Assembly (NCBI GenBank): GCA_963630675.1
Contig: CAVGNR010000001.1
Location: forward strand, 101,807 to 165,806
Direction of reading: 5' to 3'
From: Escherichia coli
Lineage (GTDB): Bacteria > Bacillota_I > Bacilli_A > RFN20 > CAG-826
DNA length: 64,000 nt
Shown: positions 10,133 to 18,877 of the stretch, one piece after another
How positions within the stretch are numbered: position 1 is the stretch's first letter
Layout: each line of letters starts with the position of its first letter
The notes under the pieces: model-generated
Told to the model about the DNA's origin: nothing
Databases searched by the model: none
What the model saw: only the letters and a program-made list of their open reading frames with translations
Made by a program: the position numbers and the translations under genes

Positions 10133-11247
10133 ATGATGGCTCCTTGATGGATATAAATTGGAGTATCTTTATCCCCTTCGATGGTATGACGGTCGGTAAC
10201 AATGGAATATTTATCGATCACCACATTGGAAAGAGTGACTTTTTCACCGATTTTTGTTCCACGGAGAACAATGCAACGATCTAATTTCGCTCCTTTCCCG
10301 ACATGAACTCCGCGGCAAAGGATGGAATTTGTAACCGAACCGTTAATCACACAGCCATTGGCGATGAAGGAATTCGAAATCTTGGAAGAGGTTTTGTATA
10401 AAGCTGGGGTCGTATTATGAGTGATTGTGAAGATAGGCCACTCTTCTCTAAAGAGGGAAGCGGCAACTTCTGGTTTTAGAAGTTCGAAAGAATATTCAAT
10501 GTATTTATTTAAAGAATTGAAGTTTCTTGCATATCCTTTGTATTCATAGGCGCGGATTTTCAAAAGCTTATTTTCCACGGCGTAACGGAGATAATCCCCT
10601 ATGCCCATTGTGAAGGAATGCTTTTTGCTTTCTTTGACAATCTTTGCCAATACAACGCGGTTAATGATCCAGGTTTCTAAAGAAGCGTTGATGTCTTTTT
10701 TGCTACCATCGTTAACTCTGACTTCTTGAACGTAGCCATTCTCGTCAACATCAAAGCAATATCCACCAACGAAATCTTTATCGCCATCATGAATCTTTTT
10801 ATAAACAACGGTGACTTCGTCTTTATTTGCACGATGCCCATTAATAATCGGATTGAAATCAATTGGAGCAACAATGTGGGAAGTTTGGAAGACAATGATT
10901 GAAGCACTTGAATCATAAAGAAGATAATCATTCTCTTTGATGTTGGCTAAATCCGTATTGTAAGCTGGGTTAAGAATGCCCTTTTCATTTAAAAGGATGG
11001 TGAGTTTGTCTGTTTTGGTGTTATTTACCCAAGAAGACATATTTCCCATATGTTTTAAAATGGAACGTTGGTGATTTTTAATTAAGATTCCAACGGTATC
11101 GATGCCAGAATTTGAGAAATTGGACATGACGATATCCATGAAGGCATATCTACCTAAGAAGGTCGTGGATGCCAAAGGACGATTCGCTGTCAGTTCTCCT
11201 AATTCAGGATCGTCGTGAGTATTTAATAAACCAATTACGTCTTTCAT
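10129..11247 (-). CDS. glgD: Glucose-1-phosphate adenylyltransferase, regulatory GlgD subunit
   Basis: 372-aa GlgC paralog lacking the GGxGxRL motif. Lies between glgC and glgA, with 4-nt overlaps on both sides. Confidence 0.8.
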   Translation of the reverse strand: MKDVIGLLNTHDDPELGELTANRPLASTTFLGRYAFMDIVMSNFSNSGIDTVGILIKNHQRSILKHMGNMSSWVNNTKTDKLTILLNEKGILNPAYNTDLANIKENDYLLYDSSASIIVFQTSHIVAPIDFNPIINGHRANKDEVTVVYKKIHDGDKDFVGGYCFDVDENGYVQEVRVNDGSKKDINASLETWIINRVVLAKIVKESKKHSFTMGIGDYLRYAVENKLLKIRAYEYKGYARNFNSLNKYIEYSFELLKPEVAASLFREEWPIFTITHNTTPALYKTSSKISNSFIANGCVINGSVTNSILCRGVHVGKGAKLDRCIVLRGTKIGEKVTLSNVVIDKYSIVTDRHTIEGDKDTPIYIHQGAII

Positions 11248-12380
11248 AATCTAGCCGCCTTTTTATTCACAATAAGATCAATTTCTTCTCCTCCAATATT
11301 CACTTTGGAGTTTGCTTCAATTAAAGTGTCAGGGCCAATGATGGCATTTTCCACGCGTGCGCCTTTTTGAATAACAGCGCCTGGCATAATGACATCGTTA
11401 TAGCAACTTGCCCCTTCTTCGATAACAACGTTTCCGGAAACGACGCAATGATTGACCTTGCCATATATTTGAGCACCTTGGTTAATCAAAGAGTCTTTAA
11501 CATCGGCTTTCGGGCCAATAAATTGAGGAACGGAGTGCATATCTTCCGAAAGAATCTTGTTCTTTCCGAAAATAGAATAGATATCTTCCCCGGTCTTATC
11601 ATTGCAAAGAAGGTCCATATTGGCTTCATGAAGAGAGGCAATCGTGCCTACATCTTTCCAATAACCATGATAGGTATAGGCAATGAGTTTACGCTTATCT
11701 TCCATCATATCAGGGATGATATTTTTGCCAAAATCATGTTCCGTATCTTCTTTAGCATCACGAATCAAATAATCACGGAGGACTTTGTAAGTGAAAATGT
11801 AGATACCCATGGAAGCTAGGTTCGAGACAGGCTTCTTTGGTTTTTCTTGGAATTGAGTGATGTTATCTTTCGCATCGGTAACAAGAATTCCAAAACGGGA
11901 CGCCTCTTCCATTGGAACAGGGAAAACGGATATGGTGCAATCCGCCTTGGAAGAAATATGCTTCTCAAGCATTTCGTTATAGGTGCAAGAATAAATGTGA
12001 TCACCCGAAAGAATCAAGACATAATCCGGATTCATTCTTTCAAGCCAATCTAAGTTTTCATAGATAGCGTCGGCCGTTCCTCTATACCAGGAAGAGCCTT
12101 CTTCTGTTTGTTTTGGAGAGAGGATGGAGGCAGAGCTTCTTACTCCGTTAAATCCCCACTTCTCACCATTGCCGACATATTGGTTAAGTTCACTCGATTC
12201 ATATTGGGTTAAAACACCAACATTACGTATGCCAGAATTCGCGCAATTGCTTAATGGAAAATCGATGATACGGTATTTTCCACCATAAGAAACAGCAGGC
12301 TTTGCCACCTTGGACGTTAAAGCCTTCAATCTCGTTCCTTTGCCACCCGCTAAAATCATGGCGACCATTTGATTAGACAT
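11244..12380 (-). CDS. glgC: Glucose-1-phosphate adenylyltransferase
   Basis: ILAGGKGTRL motif. I prefer the ATG at 12380 (MSNQMVAMILAGG), which has GAAGGAGG 6 nt upstream, over the longer track ORF starting at 12428. Confidence 0.9.
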   Translation of the reverse strand: MSNQMVAMILAGGKGTRLKALTSKVAKPAVSYGGKYRIIDFPLSNCANSGIRNVGVLTQYESSELNQYVGNGEKWGFNGVRSSASILSPKQTEEGSSWYRGTADAIYENLDWLERMNPDYVLILSGDHIYSCTYNEMLEKHISSKADCTISVFPVPMEEASRFGILVTDAKDNITQFQEKPKKPVSNLASMGIYIFTYKVLRDYLIRDAKEDTEHDFGKNIIPDMMEDKRKLIAYTYHGYWKDVGTIASLHEANMDLLCNDKTGEDIYSIFGKNKILSEDMHSVPQFIGPKADVKDSLINQGAQIYGKVNHCVVSGNVVIEEGASCYNDVIMPGAVIQKGARVENAIIGPDTLIEANSKVNIGGEEIDLIVNKKAARL

Positions 12381-12541
12381 GTCTATCCTCCTTCGTAAAT
12401 GAGATTTGATATGTGTTTTATGTAACAAATTTATTTTACCATAAAGACCTGGTTTTCATTCCAAAAAGCGCATAAAAATTTACGTTTTTTTGAAACTTTT
12501 CTTTCTTTTGGCTTCCTTTGAGAGAAAAACACATTTTGCCA

Positions 12542-12570
12542 TTGCGCATAGGCGTGAAGAATGATATATT
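12542..12570 (+). promoter_or_regulatory. Candidate sigma-A promoter of rpmB
   Basis: TTGCGC (12542-12547), 17-nt spacer, TATATT (12565-12570). Confidence 0.45.
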
Positions 12571-12606
12571 CTTTTTTGCGATTTTACGCACGTAGAGGTG
12601 ATAGTT

Positions 12607-12822
12607 ATGTCAAGAAAATGCCCAATTTCCGGAAAAGGCCCAATGAGCGGCAATGCCCGTTCCCACTCTGTCTTAGCCACTCGCCGTAGATGGAATGTTA
12701 ACCTTCAAAAGTATAAGATCAACATCAATGGCAAAATGGTCGAAGTCAGAATGAGTGCTCGCGCCTATCGTAGCTTAAACAAATCCGTCAAAGCTGCTTC
12801 CAAAGACACAAACGCTGCTTAA
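12607..12822 (+). CDS. rpmB: 50S ribosomal protein L28
   Basis: MSRKCPISGKGPMSGNARSHS... is a typical L28 N-terminus. The ATG at 12607 has AGAGG 7 nt upstream. The track ORF starts at an upstream GTG (12598). Confidence 0.9.
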   Translation: MSRKCPISGKGPMSGNARSHSVLATRRRWNVNLQKYKININGKMVEVRMSARAYRSLNKSVKAASKDTNAA

Positions 12823-12845
12823 TTCTTAGAGTTTTTTAATGAATC

Positions 12846-12872
12846 AAACGAGTCAATTGACTCGTTTTTTTC
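12846..12872. terminator. Terminator between convergent rpmB and the rpe operon
   Basis: Perfect palindrome AAACGAGTCAA/TTGACTCGTTT (12846-12867), followed by a T-run on the plus strand. Confidence 0.7.
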
Positions 12873-12880
12873 TTACCTTT

Positions 12881-13558
12881 TTATAAAGAGAAATAGAAGA
12901 ACAGATATTCTATTAAGAAAGTTGTCTCTAAAAAGAAAGTGAGAATCCATTCAGAATAGGCCATAACGTAATATTTTGGTCTCTCTAAATGAGAAGAACC
13001 GTCTTTTTCCGTGACGTTTTCCATTTTTGAATAATTATTGAGCTTTGGATTGAGCAAAGGTAAAAAGGATAAAAGAGCAAAGAGGAAGGAAAGAACTGCA
13101 AAAGTAAGTGGCAACGCTTTATTTTCTAAGGTTTTACGCGATATAGACAATAAGATGAAACCACTCATGCCGTTTGAGATTGTGATAAAGGCACCAAAAA
13201 ACATAAACAGAGCAATTCTCATCTTTTCTCTTCGAAAATCAACAAAGGACAAAAAGAAATAAAGAACGTCGGCAACAAGGAAAAAGATAGCAAGGAGAAG
13301 GAAATAATATTTTGAAGTAAGACTTTGATCGATGGGCAAAAAATAGAAAAGAATGGAAGAAAGGACGTTCAAAAGAAGAAAACTCGATTGCAAGATTCTT
13401 AAGAGATTATTCTTTCTTCCTCCAAAGCCTTCATAAAGGAAATATTGGCGAAAAGAAAAGGGAAGGTTTTCTTCTTTTTTGTTTTGAAAAAGAAAGAAAA
13501 AGAAAGCCAGGAAGCTTAAAAGAGATAAAGATAAGGATAGAAAGAATACTATTTGCAT
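12881..13558 (-). CDS. Hypothetical polytopic membrane protein
   Basis: 225 aa, highly hydrophobic (F/L-rich) with several predicted TM segments. Overlaps rpe by 10 nt. No recognised family. Confidence 0.5.
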   Translation of the reverse strand: MQIVFFLSLSLSLLSFLAFFFFLFQNKKEENLPFSFRQYFLYEGFGGRKNNLLRILQSSFLLLNVLSSILFYFLPIDQSLTSKYYFLLLAIFFLVADVLYFFLSFVDFRREKMRIALFMFFGAFITISNGMSGFILLSISRKTLENKALPLTFAVLSFLFALLSFLPLLNPKLNNYSKMENVTEKDGSSHLERPKYYVMAYSEWILTFFLETTFLIEYLFFYFSL

Positions 13559-14229
13559 TTTAGACCCTCTATTCTTTCTTTCATATCGGAATGACCATAT
13601 AAATAGGAACCTGCCACAAGGACTTCAGCCCCATGAAGAAGGGCGTCTTTCCCGGTGATTTCTTGGATTCCTCCATCGATTTCGATAAGAGGTTTCTTTG
13701 CAAGAGGTTTTAGCATCTTTTGGATTTCATCCAATCTTTCTAAAGAAGAAGGGAGGAATTTTTGACCGCCTTTCCCCGGTTCAACAGACATCAAAAGAAT
13801 AAGATCCACCTTATTTATATAAGGAAGAAGGACTTCTACTTTTGTGTTTGGCTTAATAGAAATGCCTGCGTAGCAATTACAAGAATGAATCAGGTCGATA
13901 CAATGTTCAATCCTATCTTCTGGCAAGGCTTCGTAATGAAAGGTAAGCAAATCGGCGCCAGCTTTGACATATTCTTCAATTTGTAAATCTGGTTCTTCAA
14001 TCATTAAGTGAACATCGTTTAAAAGGTGATGTTTGTCAGTAAGAAGAGTTATCTCTTCCAAAGTAAAAGAGGTGTTAGGGACAAATTTCCCATCCATGAC
14101 GTCAATATGAAGAAATTTGGCTCCGTCTTCTTCTGCTTTCTTAGCCTCGTTGACTAAGTCATTACGATTCGCGGCTAAAAGCGATGGAGCAATGATCGGT
14201 TTGGAGAGTGTGGCTAAATCAAGTTTCAT
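13549..14229 (-). CDS. rpe: Ribulose-phosphate 3-epimerase
   Basis: 226 aa with the LHIDVMDGKFVPN motif. Confidence 0.92.
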   Translation of the reverse strand: MKLDLATLSKPIIAPSLLAANRNDLVNEAKKAEEDGAKFLHIDVMDGKFVPNTSFTLEEITLLTDKHHLLNDVHLMIEEPDLQIEEYVKAGADLLTFHYEALPEDRIEHCIDLIHSCNCYAGISIKPNTKVEVLLPYINKVDLILLMSVEPGKGGQKFLPSSLERLDEIQKMLKPLAKKPLIEIDGGIQEITGKDALLHGAEVLVAGSYLYGHSDMKERIEGLKCK

Positions 14230-15110
14230 TATTTAAATCCAAATAAACGCGCGATCCAGGAGCGTTTTTCCTTAAAGTTTTTTTCATCGTTATAAGCATT
14301 TTCGATGGCTTGATGCATTAAAAGAGAGGAAGCGTATCTTTCTTCCGGTCTTTTTCTACAAGCTTTGATGATGATTTTATCTAAAGCTGGCGGAATTGAA
14401 GAGAGAGTTTTAGACGGCTCAGGGAATTTCGTTTTGATTTGTTTTAAAGCGATTTCTTCTGGGCTTGGAGCGTCAAAAGGAATGGTTCCAGTAAGAATTT
14501 CATAGAAAACGACGCCCATCGAATAAATATCCGAAGCAACAGAAGGTTCCTTTCCCATTAAGACTTCGGGTGCACAATAATAAACGGTCCCACTAATGGC
14601 GTTCTTATCCACTTCAATTTCATTCTTAAAAGAAGCGATGCCGAAATCCGTGATTTTGATAGAACCGTCTACCAAATAGAAAAGATTGTCTGGCTTGATA
14701 TCGCAATGAATGATGTCGTGATTATGAATATAGGAAACGCCAGAAGTTAATTGAAGCATGACTTCACACGCTTCGGCAGCAGAAAGGTTATGTCCAGCAG
14801 CAACATTGAGCTTATCGCGAAGGGTTCTTCCTTCAACATATTCATTTGCCATATAAGGACGACCATCAATGATGCCTTGCCCTTCCCATTTAACGATGTT
14901 GGGGTTATTTAAGGAAGAGGCAATTTTGCATTCATGATTAAAACGTTCGATGTTCTTTGGGTCTTTCATCATGTCTTCACGCATGACTTTTAAAGCCACA
15001 ATACGTCTTAAGACAATATCAAAAGCCTCGTAAACATCAGCCATTCCGCCATGAGCGATACGACCTGTTATACGATAACGTTCATCAATTTTGTCACCAA
15101 TTTCAATCAT
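14229..15110 (-). CDS. Hanks-type Ser/Thr protein kinase, kinase domain only
   Basis: 293 aa with HCDIKPDN (catalytic loop), DFGIA and APE-like motifs. No TM segment or PASTA repeats follow. Confidence 0.85.
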   Translation of the reverse strand: MIEIGDKIDERYRITGRIAHGGMADVYEAFDIVLRRIVALKVMREDMMKDPKNIERFNHECKIASSLNNPNIVKWEGQGIIDGRPYMANEYVEGRTLRDKLNVAAGHNLSAAEACEVMLQLTSGVSYIHNHDIIHCDIKPDNLFYLVDGSIKITDFGIASFKNEIEVDKNAISGTVYYCAPEVLMGKEPSVASDIYSMGVVFYEILTGTIPFDAPSPEEIALKQIKTKFPEPSKTLSSIPPALDKIIIKACRKRPEERYASSLLMHQAIENAYNDEKNFKEKRSWIARLFGFK

Positions 15111-15882
15111 TGGCTATGCACTCCCAAAGAGCGATTCCTATATTGTCCGATCCCCCAGCGTGATTAGCAATGGAGATCAAAGAGACAACTTTTTGATCGG
15201 TTCTTTCGTCGGTTAAAAGAATATTTGCGATTTCTTTAGAATCTAAATTGTTATAAAGGCCATCTGAGCAAAGAAGAATGCTCTCACCATGATATGGCAT
15301 ATCGGTAATGGATAAGGAAAGCGAATTATAGACGCCTAAGGCATTCGTTAAAACGTGGCGGTCAGGATGGGTTTTTGCTCCTTCTTCAGTGATTTTTCCC
15401 GTTTTAAGAAGGTATTCAACATAAGTTTGATCGGTGGTGAGTTGTTTTATCTCACCGTCTTTCAACATATAAGCACGGGAATCGCCAATATTGGCAATCA
15501 TCATTCTTTCGCCAGAAATCAAAACGGCAACAAGGGTGCAACCCATACCAATTTTTTCCGAATTTTTGTCGGTTTTTTTCACCTTTTCGGCCATGGAATA
15601 GATTTTCTTGTTGATGCTCTTGCAAGTTCTCGTAATCCATCTTTTATCAGAGAAAAGATAACGATGTTTTTTCTTTTTCTTAAAAGAAGCGTTCAAAAGG
15701 TCAATCGTTAATTTGCTAGCGACGTCCCCTTTCTCACTTCCGCCCATGCCGTCGGATACCGCAAGAAAAACTTCATTATCGGAATTCATTAGGATAATAG
15801 CACGGTCTTCGTTGGTTTTTCTGACGCGTCCAATATCGGTTTTATAGGCATATGTTCCGTGATAATTCTTGCTTTCAGGCAT
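15103..15882 (-). CDS. PP2C-family Ser/Thr phosphatase (PrpC/Stp type)
   Basis: 259 aa with the NEDRA, SDGMGG and CSDGL motifs. Overlaps the kinase gene by 8 nt. Confidence 0.85.
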   Translation of the reverse strand: MPESKNYHGTYAYKTDIGRVRKTNEDRAIILMNSDNEVFLAVSDGMGGSEKGDVASKLTIDLLNASFKKKKKHRYLFSDKRWITRTCKSINKKIYSMAEKVKKTDKNSEKIGMGCTLVAVLISGERMMIANIGDSRAYMLKDGEIKQLTTDQTYVEYLLKTGKITEEGAKTHPDRHVLTNALGVYNSLSLSITDMPYHGESILLCSDGLYNNLDSKEIANILLTDERTDQKVVSLISIANHAGGSDNIGIALWECIAND

Positions 15883-15885
15883 GTT

Positions 15886-16926
15886 TTATTCCCCTTTCAT
15901 GACTTTCGCACGAAGCTGGCCACACGCAGCATCAATCCCTGTTCCCCACTCTTTTCTTACAGTGCAATTAACACCATGAGAATTTAAGTAAACGGAGAAA
16001 CGCTTGGTGGTTTCTTTTTCGCTTCTTTCAAATGGTTTTTCTTTTACAGGATTTAATGGGATTAAATTCACGTAGCAGAATACGCCGCGTAAGAGTTCCA
16101 CTAATTCCTTAGCATTTTCAATAGAGTCATTCACTCCTTTGATCATGATGTATTCAAAGGTAACTCTTCTTCCACTCTTTTCAACATATTCTTTAACGGT
16201 TGGGATCAATTCCTCTAAAGGATAGGCGTTATTGATCTTCATCAAAGAAGAGCGAATCTTATTATTTGGAGCGTGAAGAGAGATGGCTAAGTTAACTTGG
16301 ATGCCTTCGTTCGCATATTTTTCAATGCCGGGGATGACTCCACAAGTAGAGACGGTAATGTGTCTTGCACCAATCGCTAAGCCTTTTGCTTCGTTCATAA
16401 TATGGATAAAGCTTGACACATTATCGTAATTATCAAATGGTTCACCAGTTCCCATCACGACAATGTGGGTAACATTTTCTCCAACCTCATAGAGGATTTG
16501 ATTCATAACGATCACTTCGCCAACCATTTCAGCGGAAGTGAGGTTTCTTTCTTTTTTAAGAAGTCCAGAGGCACAGAAAGCGCAACCCATTGCGCAACCC
16601 ACCTGGCTAGAAACACAGATGGCATTGCCATAATCGTAACGCATCAAGACGGTTTCCACTTTTGCTCCATCTTCCATTTCAAGAAGAAGTTTGATGGTGC
16701 CATCTTCTGCAACCTGTTGGGTATAGATTTTAGGAAGCGTGAGGCAATAATTCTCTTTTAAGGTCTCACGAAAAGTCTTGGATATGTCGGTCATGGAATC
16801 AAAATCGTAGACTTTTTTAACGTAGATCCAAGTGTAAAGCTGAATGGCGCGGAATTTCTTTTCCCCGAGGGAAAGCATTTCCTCTTCCAACGCTTTTAGG
16901 GTGTAGCCGAATAAGTTTTTCTTCAT
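15886..16926 (-). CDS. rlmN: 23S rRNA/tRNA adenine-C2 methyltransferase, radical SAM
   Basis: 346 aa with the CAMGCAFCASG radical-SAM cluster motif and a C-terminal GQL-type cysteine. Confidence 0.92.
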   Translation of the reverse strand: MKKNLFGYTLKALEEEMLSLGEKKFRAIQLYTWIYVKKVYDFDSMTDISKTFRETLKENYCLTLPKIYTQQVAEDGTIKLLLEMEDGAKVETVLMRYDYGNAICVSSQVGCAMGCAFCASGLLKKERNLTSAEMVGEVIVMNQILYEVGENVTHIVVMGTGEPFDNYDNVSSFIHIMNEAKGLAIGARHITVSTCGVIPGIEKYANEGIQVNLAISLHAPNNKIRSSLMKINNAYPLEELIPTVKEYVEKSGRRVTFEYIMIKGVNDSIENAKELVELLRGVFCYVNLIPLNPVKEKPFERSEKETTKRFSVYLNSHGVNCTVRKEWGTGIDAACGQLRAKVMKGE

Positions 16927-16927
16927 A

Positions 16928-18262
16928 TTATTTATCAGATGCTAGGGTAGTGTTTTGAATATTGGAGGTTTCGTTTAACATCTCTTTTGCTAAAGGCGTA
17001 CCTTCTTTTGCAAGGTTGCTGTCTTTATGTAAGACGGCATAGTAGAGAGAGGTTTCGTTTTCTTCGTATGGGAAGCATTGTTTCTCTTCCACGAAATGGA
17101 ATTCCGGATGGTTTGTAAGGAATTCGTTGACGGTTTGATGGCCCTCTTTTTTAGAGATGGTGTAAATCATATAAATAAGAGTTCCACCTTCTGCTACAAA
17201 TTTGGAGCATTCAGAGAGTGCTTCTTTTTCTTGGGCAAATAATTCATCCATGCCGCTCTTCTTAAAATGAAGGAGATAGTCTGGTTGTTCACGGATGAGA
17301 TCAAAATTAGAAGAATCAGGTGCAACAATGACCAAATCTTGTGGACGAGAGATAGAAACAAGCAAGGAATCTAAGCTAGAAGCAAAGAAATTGATGTTCT
17401 TTAGTTGCTTTTGACGAATGATGCGAGAGACATCCGCATAATTATCAAAGTTCTTAACGCCCATGTTGATGCCAATGGAGGAGCCATAATTCTCGATGAT
17501 TTCTTTTAAAAGGGAAGAATCAAGGTTTCCGTTATAAACAAAGAGCTCTTTTGGTTCTTCGATACGATATTTATCAATGATTTCTTTCGTGACTGGTTTC
17601 TCTTTGAAAAGGACGCCACTCTTCACCAAATCATTTTTGCGTAAAGAGGTCTTTCCGGTATATAAAAGAACATCGTCAACATTTGTTTTTTGGAAATCAG
17701 GATTGTTTTTCAAAACTTCTTCCGTAGGCATTAAAGAAGTTCTCACACGGACATAGTAGGCAAATGGGCGATTATTCTTTTTAAGAATCTTATAAGTTGC
17801 GCCAAAGCCATAATGCTCAAAGATTTTTAAAACCCATTCTGGGGTGTTAAAGCGTAAGGAAAGATAACGGTTGGATTGTTTGGAAAGATTATCTGGAAGA
17901 TAAGGTCCATCCGTGCTTACTTTGTCTAAAAGTGAACTGATTTCCTTATATTTTTCTTCGCCAATCTTTTCTTTCAAAATGCCAAGCATTTGTTCTTTTT
18001 CGATGTGTTTGTAGAAATAAAGGTCGGCCAAAGCAAGAGAAACGGTTCTCTTTTCTTCTAGGGTCAAATCTTTATATTCGGCAAGCAAGTATTCAAAAAG
18101 TAAATGGTGACGAAGCTCGCAACCGACAATTCCAGCAACCATAGCGCGCATTGGACGAAGAGCCGGATTGGCTTGGAAGACTTTCTTTAAAGCGTCGTTA
18201 AAAAGGGTATCGTTAACAACGATGTCTTCGAGTATGTTTTCCGCTAAATCAAATTCTTGCAT
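16928..18262 (-). CDS. RsmB/Sun-like protein with degenerate methyltransferase motifs
   Basis: 444 aa at the syntenic rsmB position, with a NusB-like N-terminal half. The SAM motif I and both catalytic Cys motifs are not conserved (see findings). Confidence 0.6.
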   Translation of the reverse strand: MQEFDLAENILEDIVVNDTLFNDALKKVFQANPALRPMRAMVAGIVGCELRHHLLFEYLLAEYKDLTLEEKRTVSLALADLYFYKHIEKEQMLGILKEKIGEEKYKEISSLLDKVSTDGPYLPDNLSKQSNRYLSLRFNTPEWVLKIFEHYGFGATYKILKKNNRPFAYYVRVRTSLMPTEEVLKNNPDFQKTNVDDVLLYTGKTSLRKNDLVKSGVLFKEKPVTKEIIDKYRIEEPKELFVYNGNLDSSLLKEIIENYGSSIGINMGVKNFDNYADVSRIIRQKQLKNINFFASSLDSLLVSISRPQDLVIVAPDSSNFDLIREQPDYLLHFKKSGMDELFAQEKEALSECSKFVAEGGTLIYMIYTISKKEGHQTVNEFLTNHPEFHFVEEKQCFPYEENETSLYYAVLHKDSNLAKEGTPLAKEMLNETSNIQNTTLASDK

Positions 18263-18279
18263 AAATGTGTTTCCTCAGT

Positions 18280-18807
18280 TTATTTCGATTTTTTATTTAA
18301 TTCGTCCAGTTCTTTTTCTTTTCCTTCAAAGGCGTTTCCTAAATAGAGCTGGTCAGGATCGTTATAATCCAAATCGCTTCTATCACGTGGATCGGCATCA
18401 TCTGTCGTTTCATCGTCTTCATCAGAATCGTCCATGTCATTGACGTTGACAATATTCTTTTCCGTTAAGAAACGAGGATAAGATTCATTGACGTACTCAT
18501 AGCTCTTTCCTTCGGCAATATATTCGAAATTAATCTCCACGTTGATGGAGAATTCTTTTAAAGTCTTCAAAAGGTAATCCGCTAATTTCGCTTCAAAAAT
18601 TTCATATTTTTTTGGAATTTTGACAAATACCACTGTATTCCATGAAGTTTGTTCCACTCCATTGTGGAAAAGCAAAGAATCACATGGGGCGTAGAAGTTA
18701 ATTTCATCTTCTGTGGTTTCGAGGATATTGGCGATATCCGCTGTGGAATCTTTGGAATAATGACCAATAACATATTGGTCTAAGCCGAGAACTTGAATCG
18801 TAATCAT
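18280..18807 (-). CDS. DUF1904-like (tautomerase-fold) protein with acidic C-terminal tail
   Basis: Preferred start is the ATG at 18807 (MITIQVLGLDQY...), with AAGGA upstream. The track ORF starts at a TTG at 18828. The tail reads DMDDSDEDDETTDDADPRDRSDLDYNDPD. Family call is from memory of the DUF1904 pattern. Confidence 0.4.
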   Translation of the reverse strand: MITIQVLGLDQYVIGHYSKDSTADIANILETTEDEINFYAPCDSLLFHNGVEQTSWNTVVFVKIPKKYEIFEAKLADYLLKTLKEFSINVEINFEYIAEGKSYEYVNESYPRFLTEKNIVNVNDMDDSDEDDETTDDADPRDRSDLDYNDPDQLYLGNAFEGKEKELDELNKKSK

Positions 18808-18877
18808 TGTATATTTTCCTTCGCTCAAAATTATAGCATAGCTTCCTTATAAGGAAGAATATCTTTTTCCTTCAAAA

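Noticed and set aside
11367-11819. Long antisense ORFs inside well-supported genes. Examples: 150 aa opposite glgC, 140 aa at 7006-7428 opposite leuS, 140 aa at 37589-38011 opposite glpK, and 120 aa at 52213-52575 opposite the ABC gene.
   Set aside because: They lie entirely within strongly conserved genes on the other strand. They have no RBS and odd composition. Such shadow ORFs are expected by chance opposite long ORFs.
12381-12428. N-terminal extensions of track ORFs: glgC 12428, vsr 51416, rqcH-like 21711, rdgB 48214, rpmB 12598 and the DUF1904-like gene 18828.
   Set aside because: In each case an internal ATG with a better-placed GGAG-type RBS matches the conserved family N-terminus. 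The extensions overlap upstream genes or promoters.
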